From NCBI GenBank assembly GCA_046760445.1, contig JBHIEE010000003.1:1-59273 (forward strand): 59,273 nucleotides of DNA, in the 5' to 3' direction. This document shows, one piece after another, positions 38,094-50,010 of this stretch; within the stretch, counting starts at the first letter, position 1, and each line of letters opens with the position of its first letter. A model generated the notes under the pieces. That model saw nothing but the letters and a program-made list of their open reading frames with translations. It did no database searches and was not told the DNA's origin. This DNA comes from Candidatus Aminicenantia bacterium. Its GTDB lineage: Bacteria > Acidobacteriota > Aminicenantia > JdFR-78. A program made the translations under genes and the position numbers.

Positions 38094-40292
38094 TTAGATT
38101 CTCCACCAATACGAGAATTTGATGAATAGGCTTCGGTTAGTTCTCCCATAAACTCCATTTTCTTGAACAAAAGTATCGTCATATCCCAGAAAGAAAACTG
38201 TCCCTGGTCTTAAAATATAACTTACTAAAAAGCTGCCATAGATTTTTTTATAAAAATGATTATAGTCCACAATAGCTCTCATTGATAAGGTTTTAGAAAG
38301 CTGATAAGTAATTTTCTGCCTGATAACATTGTAATCCCATAATTGTTTTCTACCTCTTTCCTTCCAAAATGTGCTTTTATTATAATTAATTTCTATTTGC
38401 AGTCTTGTACTGGGTTTGAAATTGGCAAAGATACCTAAGGAATGATTCCAGCCTAAAAAAGGATCATCAGGATCATAGTTAATCATGTCTCCCAAAGAAA
38501 AGTATCCTCCAAATTCAACCCATCGAACAAGGTTTGTGAAGCCACTTACTACTAAGTTCTTTTTATGAAAATCAATGTCCTCATATCTTTCCATATAATT
38601 TTGATAATACACAGAAAGGCGACTAAATTGTGTAAATTCAAGATTAAGACCTAAATTGAGCCATTGGTCTGTTATAATATTATGATCGTAATCACTCATC
38701 CGATTTAAATTTATTCGGGCATGAAGGGCGTTTAAAAACTTCTTTTCAGGGAAAAGGCTATATCTTAACCAGCCTCCTAGTCTTCTATAATCAACTCGAT
38801 TAACAAAGCCTGAGGAAGCCTCAAAATCAGGATGAATGCTTTTCCATGTTAATCCTGTACTCCAGTGTTTCGATGAATAAAAAAACTGAGCATAAAGGGC
38901 AGGAGTAACCCCGGTCAGATTTTCATGGTATTTTGTTTTGGAGCCAATTGCCTGAAAGGAAAAGAAGAAATGATTCTTAAATTTAAATTGTCCATCTAAT
39001 CCACCCACTCGATTGTAAGAACCGTCAATTTCTTTATCAGCCAGGGCAAAGCCAATATAAGATTCTTTAAAAACATCGGCTTTCACTCTTAAAATATTAA
39101 ACAGAGCTTTTTCTTCCTCACTTCCTTTGCCATTGTGGATAGCCCATAGACTTTCTGTGGGATGTTCATCATAAGCAGAGAGATATCCCAAAGTGAATTT
39201 GCCTATTTTCCCGGTGAATTTTCCGCCCCAGAGAGGGTCTATAATTCGACGGGTATAAACCATTTCTATTGACGGGAATTCAAATATCTCCCGTCCTTCA
39301 AGGAAAAACGGCCTTTTTTCTGAGTAATAAAGAGCATATCTCTGATTTATATCAATCTGGGGAGCATCAGCTTCAATGTGGCTGAAGTCAGGATTAAGGG
39401 TAAAGTCAAAGGTTAAATCAGAGCTCAGTCCATATTTAACATTTACGCCAGGTTGAGGATCTATTTTTTCTCCGTCTTTAAGTAAAGAAGTAAAAATGGG
39501 CATAATTTCCAGATTTTTCCCTCTTTCTACCTCACCTTCAATTACAATATTTCCAGTTTGAATAAGTAATCCCTGAATACTTCGGGAAACAGCTGGCCAG
39601 GTAATGATTTCTCCTTTCCGAGGAATGTTTCGCCCAAGAAATAATCCCCAGTTTTTTATTTTTTTATTGGGAAATCTCAAGCTTTTAAAAGGAATAGCCA
39701 ATTCGACTGTATAACCTTGGTCAGTAATTTTCCCTTCTGAAAGAAAGAAAGTATCCCAATTTTGATCCTCTGATTCATTCCCTCCTTCCTCGGTTCGAGT
39801 ACCATCTGCCTGGATACCAATAGGATTAACAAAAAAATCAAAAGCCCTTCTTTTCTCATTAAAAGTATCAATAATAATTACTATCCAATCATCCATAAAA
39901 ATATTGTCTCTTTGAGTAACTGAAAACCTAATCTTATCAGGCTGTGAGTCAAAACACTGGAAAGCAAGATAAAGATTTTTTTTATCATAACCGAGATAAG
40001 CAATTGTTTTTTCTGAAGGCTTTCCTTTCTCCTTGGGAACAAATTGATAAAAATTTTCTATTTTCAAAGCTTCCTGTTCCCAAAGAGGATTATCTAAAAT
40101 TCCATCGATTTTTGGTGGAGAGGATAATCTGGGTACTTTTAACACATTTTTTTCAGCAAAAATAGAAGAGGAAAGAATAAAAATAAGAATTAAGATTAAT
40201 CCAAAATAGAGTCCTGTTTTGGTTATTAATTTTTGGCTAATAATGATCTGAGAATTTCTTCTTCTTTCATCCATTGTTCTTTCTTTCTTCAC
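38094..40292 (-). CDS. CBM9-like / DUF5916 outer-membrane protein
   Basis: PKIDGILD, YDKKNLY, NPDFSHIEAD, EKRPFFLEG, terminal aromatic beta-strand. Start uncertain (40292 or 40274). Confidence 0.85.
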   Translation of the reverse strand: MKKERTMDERRRNSQIIISQKLITKTGLYFGLILILIFILSSSIFAEKNVLKVPRLSSPPKIDGILDNPLWEQEALKIENFYQFVPKEKGKPSEKTIAYLGYDKKNLYLAFQCFDSQPDKIRFSVTQRDNIFMDDWIVIIIDTFNEKRRAFDFFVNPIGIQADGTRTEEGGNESEDQNWDTFFLSEGKITDQGYTVELAIPFKSLRFPNKKIKNWGLFLGRNIPRKGEIITWPAVSRSIQGLLIQTGNIVIEGEVERGKNLEIMPIFTSLLKDGEKIDPQPGVNVKYGLSSDLTFDFTLNPDFSHIEADAPQIDINQRYALYYSEKRPFFLEGREIFEFPSIEMVYTRRIIDPLWGGKFTGKIGKFTLGYLSAYDEHPTESLWAIHNGKGSEEEKALFNILRVKADVFKESYIGFALADKEIDGSYNRVGGLDGQFKFKNHFFFSFQAIGSKTKYHENLTGVTPALYAQFFYSSKHWSTGLTWKSIHPDFEASSGFVNRVDYRRLGGWLRYSLFPEKKFLNALHARINLNRMSDYDHNIITDQWLNLGLNLEFTQFSRLSVYYQNYMERYEDIDFHKKNLVVSGFTNLVRWVEFGGYFSLGDMINYDPDDPFLGWNHSLGIFANFKPSTRLQIEINYNKSTFWKERGRKQLWDYNVIRQKITYQLSKTLSMRAIVDYNHFYKKIYGSFLVSYILRPGTVFFLGYDDTFVQENGVYGRTNRSLFIKFSYWWRI

Positions 40293-40341
40293 TAATATAG
40301 ACGAAAATGACTTCCAAAAGGTTTCATCTTTTGAAGAAAAT

Positions 40342-40581
40342 TAGCAGTGTCAAAAATAATATGAAAAAATATGAAAACCACGACTCGACTGAGCTCGTCG
40401 AAGTCAGAGAACACAGATGAATGGGAAATCCCAAATTACAAATCCCATCCCGAATACTCGGGACCAAATTCCAATGTTCAAAATTCATCCCGAGTGCTCG
40501 GGATGGTCATTTGGTATTTGGTGCTTGGGATTTGTGATTTATTAAAGTATGTGACCTGTGTGGTTAAATTTGACAATACTG
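40342..40581 (+). mobile_element. Nested non-coding MITE-like element: TIR shell, ACCACAGAG arms, heptamer arms and three micro-palindromes
   Basis: Ends TAGCAGTGTCAAA / TTTGACAATACT are shared with 52811-53146, and internal arms are collinear with that copy. Confidence 0.8.
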
Positions 40582-40615
40582 AAAAATTAACAGAGGAAGG
40601 AAAATGAGGAATTAA

Positions 40616-41107
40616 TTATTGGTTCTTTTCAATAATAAATCGGAGTTTAATTTTTTCAATGATTTTTGAGCTTGAATACTCAGAAAAATAAGGAATAATT
40701 TCCACTTTTCCACCAGCTTGTTCCACTTCTTTTTTACCAACAACTTGATTGGGCTTCCAATCTCCTCCTTTAACCAGAATATCAGGAAGAAGAGAAGAAA
40801 TTAATTTTTGAGGAGTTTCCTCTTCAAATATAGTCAGATAATCAATAAATTCTATTGTCTCTAATATTTCAACTCTTTCTTCTATGGGGAAAATGGGTCT
40901 CAGTGGCCCTTTAATTTTTTTTATTGAAGAATCAGAATTGATTCCTACGATTAAAACATCTCCTAAGTTTTTGGCTATTTTAAAAAGTCTAATATGACCT
41001 AAATGAAGAAGATCAAAGCAACCGTTAGTAAAAACCACTTTTTTTCCTTGCTTTTTAAATTCTTTTCTTAATTGAATTAACTCATTTAATTCTTTAAGTT
41101 TTTGCAT
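40616..41107 (-). CDS. rfaE2: D-glycero-beta-D-manno-heptose 1-phosphate adenylyltransferase (RfaE2/HldC)
   Basis: VVFTNGCFDLLHLGH, NSDSS, KG..RP, LVKGGD. Confidence 0.93.
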   Translation of the reverse strand: MQKLKELNELIQLRKEFKKQGKKVVFTNGCFDLLHLGHIRLFKIAKNLGDVLIVGINSDSSIKKIKGPLRPIFPIEERVEILETIEFIDYLTIFEEETPQKLISSLLPDILVKGGDWKPNQVVGKKEVEQAGGKVEIIPYFSEYSSSKIIEKIKLRFIIEKNQ

Positions 41108-41113
41108 TTAAAA

Positions 41114-42388
41114 TTACTTGTTTGGTTTTTTGATTTTAATCTGCTGAGAAAAATTCCAGGAATGTGGAGGATAATAAATTCCAATACTTTTATTCCGAGA
41201 AGTAATAGCAAATGAATATAATGATTTATGATAATCATAGGGATATCCATCTTTTTTATGTGCAGCCACATCCAAGTAGTAAGTGCCATTGATAAAATTT
41301 AATTTGTTTATTTTGAAGGTGACTTTTCCTTTACCTTGAAAAAAAATAGGTTTATAGTCTTCTAAATTAGTATTTGTTCCAAAGCAGCATACTCCCTCGG
41401 AGTTAAATATTCCCACCCCAAAAACAAAATCTTTCATTGTCCTTTTAGCTTCTACCTCCATTTCAATAATCATTCCTTCATCAGGAGAAAAAACAAATTT
41501 TTCTTCTCCTTTTAACCCTCTTATCTTAACTGATTTAATTTCAATTTCTCTTTTGCCCCACCTTTTCTCTCTTTTTTCCTCCTCCCATTCTTTTCTTTCT
41601 AAATCTAACTCTTCATGACGAATTCCAAGAGCTTCTTCTTGCTTTTCGGCAATATCCTGAAGATAAGCATCCACTACTCTTTTTGGTTCGCCAATCATTT
41701 GAACTTTACCTTTTTTTAGCCACATTACTTGATCACAAATTTGCTCCACGGTAGGTAAATCGTGACTGACAAATAGGATGGTCTTTTTTCTCCTCCGGAA
41801 ATCACTAATTTTATCTAAACATTTAGGTACAAATGAGGCATCTCCCACAGCTAAAACTTCATCAACTAAAAGAATATCCGGGTTAACATTAATTGCTACT
41901 GCAAAACCTAATCTCATATACATTCCTGATGAATAGGTTTTGACTGGAGCATCAATAAAATCTTCCAGTTCAGCAAATTTAACAATTTCATCAAATTTTT
42001 CTGAGATTTCTTTTTTACTTAAGCCCAGCATAATACCATTGATATAGACATTTTCTCGGCCAGTTATTTCAGGATGAAAACCTGCTCCCAGCTCAATCAA
42101 AGCTGAAACCCGACCATTAACCTCTATTTTTCCTGAGGTTGGTTTAGTTATTCCAGCCACCACTTTAAGTAAGGTGCTTTTCCCTGAACCATTTTCACCA
42201 ATTACTCCAAAAGTGGTTCCGTTTTTTACCTCTAAATTCACACTTTCCAGAGCAAAGATTATCTCATCAGGTTTCAAGTCTTTGAATAAACTTCCTTTAA
42301 CCAAGGCGCTCTTAAAGGTCTGGAATCTATGTCGGGAGGAATATTTTTGATATATCTTGGTTAAATTTTCAGCCTTAATGGCAATCAA
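41114..42388 (-). CDS. wzt: Polysaccharide ABC exporter ATPase with Wzt_C domain
   Basis: GENGSGKST, GAGFHPEITGREN, YSSGM, DEVLAVGD, C-terminal carbohydrate-binding domain. Confidence 0.92.
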   Translation of the reverse strand: MIAIKAENLTKIYQKYSSRHRFQTFKSALVKGSLFKDLKPDEIIFALESVNLEVKNGTTFGVIGENGSGKSTLLKVVAGITKPTSGKIEVNGRVSALIELGAGFHPEITGRENVYINGIMLGLSKKEISEKFDEIVKFAELEDFIDAPVKTYSSGMYMRLGFAVAINVNPDILLVDEVLAVGDASFVPKCLDKISDFRRRKKTILFVSHDLPTVEQICDQVMWLKKGKVQMIGEPKRVVDAYLQDIAEKQEEALGIRHEELDLERKEWEEEKREKRWGKREIEIKSVKIRGLKGEEKFVFSPDEGMIIEMEVEAKRTMKDFVFGVGIFNSEGVCCFGTNTNLEDYKPIFFQGKGKVTFKINKLNFINGTYYLDVAAHKKDGYPYDYHKSLYSFAITSRNKSIGIYYPPHSWNFSQQIKIKKPNK

Positions 42389-43207
42389 TTAAACCTCCTC
42401 GGCAAACGAATCTCTAAGTTTGTCAAAAATATAATACCCGATAAAAAATAAAAGAATGGATACTAAAAAAGTCACTGACAGCTTCTTCCAGTGAGGTAGA
42501 CTCCCATAAAAAAGACAATATTGGTAGCCTTCCATAATATGGGTCATTGGATTGAGGTAAAGAAAAGTTTTTAATACTTTCGATTTCTGAATGGTTTGAA
42601 AAGACATAGGATAGATAATCGGGGTGGTGAAGAACCAGAGAGTGAGCAGGTTGGTTAAAATGTCTTTGATATCTCGGAAATGGATGGTTAAAGATGAGAC
42701 CAGAAAAGAAAGTCCCATTGAAAAGATTAACTGAGTTAAAATGACTACAGGAAGAAAAAAGACCCACCAAGTAAAACCTTTTCCAAGAATAATAAAAAAC
42801 AGGAAAAGAATAGGGAGTCCAAAACTAAAGTGAACCAGGTTACTTAAAACAATTACTGTTGGTAAAACATCTGCTGGAAAAAGAATTTTTTTAATTAATT
42901 GACCATGAGTCATCAAGACTAAAGATGATTCAATGGTCGATGAACTAAACCACACCCAGGGAAGAAGTCCACAGAACAAAAATAGAGCGTAGTTAATTGG
43001 AGAAGCACCAAAAGCTGGATCTCGAGGTCTTAAGATAAAACCAAAAACAGCCGTATAAACAATCATTAATAGAAAAGGATTAAAAAATGACCAAAGAAAA
43101 CCAAGGATAGATCCTCGATAGCGAGCTTTAAGCTCACGGCTCACCAGACTCTGAATGAGCACTCTAAATCTATAGAGTTCTCTTAAATTTTTAATTAGTC
43201 GAATCAT
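42389..43207 (-). CDS. wzm: Polysaccharide ABC exporter permease
   Basis: RELKARYRGSILGFLWSF, FRDI, TPIIYP, NPM. Start moved to ATG 43207. Confidence 0.92.
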   Translation of the reverse strand: MIRLIKNLRELYRFRVLIQSLVSRELKARYRGSILGFLWSFFNPFLLMIVYTAVFGFILRPRDPAFGASPINYALFLFCGLLPWVWFSSSTIESSLVLMTHGQLIKKILFPADVLPTVIVLSNLVHFSFGLPILFLFFIILGKGFTWWVFFLPVVILTQLIFSMGLSFLVSSLTIHFRDIKDILTNLLTLWFFTTPIIYPMSFQTIQKSKVLKTFLYLNPMTHIMEGYQYCLFYGSLPHWKKLSVTFLVSILLFFIGYYIFDKLRDSFAEEV

Positions 43208-43955
43208 AGATTCTCCCAGCAAATATTTCCTGAATTTCTTCAGTGTATTTTTGTTGTTCATTATAAATAATGAGAGGGGGTAATATCTCGGATGAATTTG
43301 AGACAAAATCTAATTCAACTAAGAACAAGTTAGCTGGAGAATTAAATTTTGGTTTAACATAACGGATTTTTTTTATTTTCAATTCGGTCTTATCCAGAGC
43401 TGTTTTAAAGTCTTCTTCTCTCATTATGCGATAAATAAAATAGGCTCTTCCCCTTTTTTTCAAAAGTCGAGCAGTGGTAGTGAGAATATCATTTATATCA
43501 CATTTAATTTCATGCCGGGCAACAGTTTTTTCCAAGGAAGGACTTAAATTTCCAGTGCCCCATTTCTGATAGGGAGGATTGGAAAAAATAACATCAAATC
43601 TTTTTTCTAAAGAAAAACTAGATAAGTCTCCATGGAGGATCGTAATTTTTTTTTGTAAATTATTTAAAATGACATTTCTTTGAGCCAAATCAGCCAAAGA
43701 TTCTTGAATTTCCAAAGCAATTATTTTTTTTAAAGGTTTAATAGTTAAAAGAAGGGAAATAATTCCACTTCCAGTGCCTAATTCTAAAAGTTCATCACTT
43801 TTTCGAGTTTGGATAAAATCAGCTAATAGGGGAGCATCAATCGAGAATCGGTACCCCTTTTTTTTCTGAAGAACTAATATTTTTCCATGATAAAAAGTAT
43901 CCAGAGTTTCATCATCTTTTTTTAATTCGTGGATTTTACTTACTGATGATTTCAT
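43191..43955 (-). CDS. tRNA1(Val) A37 N6-methyltransferase family (YfiC/YabB)
   Basis: GYRFSIDA.LLA, ELGTGSG, SNPPY, ARHE. Confidence 0.88.
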   Translation of the reverse strand: MKSSVSKIHELKKDDETLDTFYHGKILVLQKKKGYRFSIDAPLLADFIQTRKSDELLELGTGSGIISLLLTIKPLKKIIALEIQESLADLAQRNVILNNLQKKITILHGDLSSFSLEKRFDVIFSNPPYQKWGTGNLSPSLEKTVARHEIKCDINDILTTTARLLKKRGRAYFIYRIMREEDFKTALDKTELKIKKIRYVKPKFNSPANLFLVELDFVSNSSEILPPLIIYNEQQKYTEEIQEIFAGRIYDSTN

Positions 43956-43958
43956 ATT

Positions 43959-45893
<1,935 letters not shown>

Positions 45894-45894
45894 T

Positions 45895-46761
45895 TTATCT
45901 TTCCTCCAGAGCTTCTACTGCAGTCATAATATTCACCAACTCCTTAGTAATAAGGGTTTGTCTAATTTTATTCATTTCTAAAGACAGATCTTCTATTAAT
46001 TCTTGAGCGTTGTTAGTTGCGTTCTCCATAGCAATCATTCGAGCAGCATGCTCAGAAGCTATTGATTCTAAAAGATAATGATATATTTGGTTTTCAATGT
46101 ATTTTGGTAATAATTGATTAAGGATGGCTTCTGGATCAGGTTCATAAATATAATCAATTATTACTACTTCTTCTTTTGGTTCAAATCGAGGAAGAGGCAA
46201 CAGTCTATTGATTGTTATTTCTTGTCTTAAAATAGATTTAAACTCATTATAAATAACATAAACGGCATCAATCTCCTGATTAAGAAAAGGATCAATTAAC
46301 GATTTTACTATTTCCTTAACCTTCTCATACTCTAATTTCTGGAAAAGATTTATATATTTATTTCTCACAGGATAAGGTTCTTTTTTAAAATAAATTGCTC
46401 CTTTTTTTCCAATTAAAGTAAAAGAGATTTCAATTTCATCTTTCTTCTCTCCGATAAATTCCTCGGCTTTTTCTCTGATTTTTGAATTAAAAGCACCGCA
46501 AAGTCCTTTGTCAGCCGTAATGATGACCAGTTCGATTCTTTTCTCTTTCCGTTCAGATAAAAGGGGATGTAGAGATAAATCTACTCGAGAAGTTAGACTT
46601 TCAATTAATTCTGGAATTCTGTGAGAATAGGGCTTAATATGCAAAAGTGATTGTTGAGCTCTTTTTAATTTTACTGTGGCCACAGTTTTCATTGCTTTAG
46701 TAATCTGTTGAATATTTCTAATAGTTTTAATTTTTCTTCTTAAATCAAGAACTGTAGACAT
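45895..46761 (-). CDS. atpG: ATP synthase F1 gamma
   Basis: QITKAMK, DKGLCGAFN, SEHAARM.AM.NAT.NA. Confidence 0.97.
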   Translation of the reverse strand: MSTVLDLRRKIKTIRNIQQITKAMKTVATVKLKRAQQSLLHIKPYSHRIPELIESLTSRVDLSLHPLLSERKEKRIELVIITADKGLCGAFNSKIREKAEEFIGEKKDEIEISFTLIGKKGAIYFKKEPYPVRNKYINLFQKLEYEKVKEIVKSLIDPFLNQEIDAVYVIYNEFKSILRQEITINRLLPLPRFEPKEEVVIIDYIYEPDPEAILNQLLPKYIENQIYHYLLESIASEHAARMIAMENATNNAQELIEDLSLEMNKIRQTLITKELVNIMTAVEALEER

Positions 46762-46763
46762 AT

Positions 46764-48281
46764 TTAAACTGTTTCTCCTTTAAATTCCTGAGTAAATTTT
46801 TCCAAAATAGAATTAATCTCTTTTTCTAAGGAACTATCAATTTCTTTTTTTTCTGCTACTTGTTTTAATATTTTTTGGTGGTTTTCTTCCATAAAATTAT
46901 GAAGCTTTACCTCATATTCTTTTATTTGGTCAACTTCAACACTATCTAAAAATCCTCTTGTCCCGGCATAAATTATTAGTATTTGCTTTTCAACAGGAAG
47001 CGGTTGAGACTGATCTTGTTTTAACACTTCAGTCAATCTTTCACCTCTATCTAACTGAGCTTGAGTGGCTTTATCTAATTCACTTCCAAACTGAGCAAAA
47101 GCAGCCAGCTCTCGATATTGAGCTAAATCTAATCGTAATTTTCCAGCTACTTGTTTCATTGCTTTAATTTGAGCGTTTCCTCCCACTCGGGAAACAGAGA
47201 TTCCGACATTAATAGCAGGTCTTATTCCAGCATTAAACAATTCAGGCTCTAAATATATCTGGCCATCAGTGATAGAAATGACATTAGTAGGGATGTAAGC
47301 TGAGACATCTCCAGCTTGAGTTTCAATAATTGGTAGAGCGGTTAAACTCCCACCACCATTTTCATCGTTTAGTTTGGCTGCTCTTTCTAAAAGTCTTGAA
47401 TGGAGATAGAAAATGTCTCCTGGGTAAGCTTCTCTTCCTGGAGGTCTTCTCAAAAGAAGAGATATTTCTCGGTAAGCGGCTGCATGTTTGGAGAGGTCGT
47501 CATAAATAACCAATGTGTGACCTTTGTGGTCACGGAAATATTCACCAATAGCGCACCCACTGTAGGGTGCTAAATATTGAAGAGGGGAAGGATCCGAAGC
47601 TGGAGCAGCGATAACAATGGAATAATCCATTGCTCCATGGTCTTCCAAAGTCTTGACCACCTGAGCAATAGTCGAATTTTTTTGTCCTATCGCCACATAA
47701 ATACAAATGACATCCGAATCTTTTTGATTCAGAATAGTATCCAGGACAAGGGTCGTTTTACCTGTTTGACGGTCACCAATAATTAATTCTCGTTGTCCAC
47801 GACCAATGGGAATCATAGAATCAATTGCTTTAATCCCGGTCTGAAGAGGCTCTTTTACTGGCAGACGATCAACTACTCCTGGAGCAAGACGTTCCACCGG
47901 CATATAAATATCAGTTTCAATTGGCCCTTTATCGTCCAGAGGTAGACCCAAAGGGTTAATTATCCGCCCAATCATTGCTTCTCCAGCAGGAACTTGAATA
48001 ATGCGATGAGTTCTTTTTACTAAATCTCCTTCTTTTACCAAAGAAGTCTCACCCAGAAGTACTGCACCAACACTATCTTCTTCCAGATTTAAGGCTAATC
48101 CATACACTCCATTTGGAAATTCCAGCAATTCATTGAACATTACTAATTCCAGACCGTGAATTCGGGCAATTCCATCTCCTAAATAGGTCACTAATCCAAT
48201 TTCCTTGATATCAATCTCTGCTTTATAGTCTTGAATTTGTCTCTGGATAATTTGGCTTATTTCATCTGCTTTAATTTGCAT
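46764..48281 (-). CDS. atpA: ATP synthase F1 alpha
   Basis: [25 protein letters not shown]. Confidence 0.98.
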   Translation of the reverse strand: MQIKADEISQIIQRQIQDYKAEIDIKEIGLVTYLGDGIARIHGLELVMFNELLEFPNGVYGLALNLEEDSVGAVLLGETSLVKEGDLVKRTHRIIQVPAGEAMIGRIINPLGLPLDDKGPIETDIYMPVERLAPGVVDRLPVKEPLQTGIKAIDSMIPIGRGQRELIIGDRQTGKTTLVLDTILNQKDSDVICIYVAIGQKNSTIAQVVKTLEDHGAMDYSIVIAAPASDPSPLQYLAPYSGCAIGEYFRDHKGHTLVIYDDLSKHAAAYREISLLLRRPPGREAYPGDIFYLHSRLLERAAKLNDENGGGSLTALPIIETQAGDVSAYIPTNVISITDGQIYLEPELFNAGIRPAINVGISVSRVGGNAQIKAMKQVAGKLRLDLAQYRELAAFAQFGSELDKATQAQLDRGERLTEVLKQDQSQPLPVEKQILIIYAGTRGFLDSVEVDQIKEYEVKLHNFMEENHQKILKQVAEKKEIDSSLEKEINSILEKFTQEFKGETV

Positions 48282-48283
48282 TT

Positions 48284-48829
48284 TTACTCCTCACTTAAGA
48301 TTTTCTCTTTTAATTTTAACAGATTTCCTTTTATTGAACCATCGTATAATATATTTTCTTTCCTGATTTTTAATCCACCGATTAGTGCTGGATCAAGATT
48401 AAATTTGAGAATTACTTTTCCTTGAATAATCTTTTCCAGCTTCTCAGTTAATCTTTTTTTCTGATCTTCAGTTAGAGGATAAGCAGAGTTCACTTCAAAT
48501 GTGTGGATATTTTTTTTCTCATTCCAGATAGAATGAAATAAATTAAGAATTTCTTCTAAGTAGAGTAGTCTATCTTTCTCAATCAACAAAAGAATAAATC
48601 GCTTGCTTTTTTCTGAAAATGAATTTTTCTTTAATATTTCTTTAACGATTTCTTCTTTTTTGTTTTTCGTGTAAAAAGGACTTAATATAAAGTGATTGAA
48701 TTCTTTATTTTTTTTAATTAAGTTTAAAAAATCTGTTATTTCTTGATTTATGGCATGAAATTCTTGGTCACTTTCTATGGCTCCTACTAATCCGGTAGCG
48801 TATCTTTTGGCTATTAATTGAATTTTCAT
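48284..48829 (-). CDS. atpH: ATP synthase delta
   Basis: AKRYA, DPALIGG, YDGS. Confidence 0.93.
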   Translation of the reverse strand: MKIQLIAKRYATGLVGAIESDQEFHAINQEITDFLNLIKKNKEFNHFILSPFYTKNKKEEIVKEILKKNSFSEKSKRFILLLIEKDRLLYLEEILNLFHSIWNEKKNIHTFEVNSAYPLTEDQKKRLTEKLEKIIQGKVILKFNLDPALIGGLKIRKENILYDGSIKGNLLKLKEKILSEE

Positions 48830-49389
48830 TTTATTTTATCCAATTTCTCGATATATTTATCAATTAGAAATTTATGGTCTTGAGGAGTTAATTTATTTTT
48901 GATCTCTTTTTCTGCCAGGGTAATCGAGAGTTCAGCAGCATAATGTTTCAACTCTTTTAGGCCTGATTTTAAGTACCGGTCTATTTCTTTTCGAGTTAAC
49001 AGCTTTATTCTTTCCACTTCTTTTTTCCCCTGGAAAATGATTTTTTCTCTTTCTTTTTGAGCTTCTTTTTCTCCTTTTCTTCTTATTTCCTCTATCTCCT
49101 GTTGCAAATGAGACAGTCTTTTTTCTAATTGGGCAAATTTTTCTTCTGCTTCTTTTCTTGATTCTTCAGCATGGGTGATGGTGCTTCTTATTTCTTTTGT
49201 TCTTTTTTCTAAATAATTTTTGAGGGGTTTTAAAAGAAAGAAAATAAGTAATCCAAAAAGAACTACGAAATTAATAACTTTTCCCAAAAAATCAGACCAG
49301 TTTGTACCTGTTTCTTTGGAAGAAACAGCTGCAAAATTTAATAAAAATAGTGTGAGAAATATAATTAAGCTCAATCTTAATTTATTCAT
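48826..49389 (-). CDS. atpF: ATP synthase Fo subunit b
   Basis: INF TM helix, KPL, coiled coil; operon position. Confidence 0.88.
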   Translation of the reverse strand: MNKLRLSLIIFLTLFLLNFAAVSSKETGTNWSDFLGKVINFVVLFGLLIFFLLKPLKNYLEKRTKEIRSTITHAEESRKEAEEKFAQLEKRLSHLQQEIEEIRRKGEKEAQKEREKIIFQGKKEVERIKLLTRKEIDRYLKSGLKELKHYAAELSITLAEKEIKNKLTPQDHKFLIDKYIEKLDKIK

Positions 49390-49808
49390 TCTCCCCTAAT
49401 CATTTTTCTTATAATCTCATTGGCTAAAATTCCTGTCTGTCGACTTAATTCCTTTTTACTCTTTTCTATTTGTTGAGAGAGGCTTTTTTTTGCTTTCCTT
49501 ATCATATCTTCTCTTTCTGCTTTTGCTATTTGAATAATTTTCTCTCTTTCTTTTTCTCCTTGTTTCCTATAATTTTCTTTCAATTCTAAGGCTTCTTTCC
49601 GAGTAACATTTAAAGTTTGATTAATTTGGTCTAAGTTTTTCTGATAGGAATCCATTATTCTCTCAAAAGCAGATAAATTAGAAGAGATATTTTCATTTCT
49701 GTTTTTTATTGCTTCTTTAACTGGAGTAAAGAAAATTTTATTTAAAACAATCACCAGTATCCAGACTATTATAGAAATGACAATAAATGAAATATCTAAA
49801 GAAATCAT
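49386..49808 (-). CDS. ATP synthase Fo subunit b'
   Basis: N-terminal TM helix, LNKIFFTPV...R, coiled coil. Start moved to ATG 49808. Confidence 0.85.
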   Translation of the reverse strand: MISLDISFIVISIIVWILVIVLNKIFFTPVKEAIKNRNENISSNLSAFERIMDSYQKNLDQINQTLNVTRKEALELKENYRKQGEKEREKIIQIAKAEREDMIRKAKKSLSQQIEKSKKELSRQTGILANEIIRKMIRGE

Positions 49809-49903
49809 CTTTAAATTTTTAGAGCATTTTTTATCATTTTTCCAGGTAAAAATCAAGCAGATTGACTTTACTATTCCTGTTGATAATATAGTATTTTTAT
49901 AAC

Positions 49904-49932
49904 TTGACATTAAGGTGAAGGCATATTTTAAT
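49904..49932 (+). promoter_or_regulatory. sigma70 promoter for clpB, overlapped by a 13-bp direct repeat
   Basis: TTGACA-17-TTTAAT; AAGGCATATTTTA at 49918-49930 and 49938-49950. Confidence 0.55.
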
Positions 49933-49950
49933 TATAAAAGGCATATTTTA

Positions 49951-49981
49951 CAGTATTGGAATTTGAAAAATTCCAATACTG
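49951..49981. repeat. Perfect 14-bp stem hairpin with GAA loop
   Basis: CAGTATTGGAATTT-gaa-AAATTCCAATACTG. Confidence 0.85.
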
Positions 49982-50010
49982 CGTAAAAATGAATATTTTT
50001 CATTTATAAC

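Noticed and set aside
38049-40335. TTCAAAGATGAAA / TTTCATCTTTTGAA inverted match flanking the DUF5916 gene
   Set aside because: Short, AT-rich and needs a gap, so it is compatible with chance.
40371-40607. 78-aa ORF MKTTTRLSS...
   Set aside because: It is simply the translation of the nested repeat element and has no RBS or protein family signature.
43208-43306. N-terminal extension of wzm
   Set aside because: It overlaps the methyltransferase gene. ATG 43207 has a GGAGA RBS and gives a normal length.
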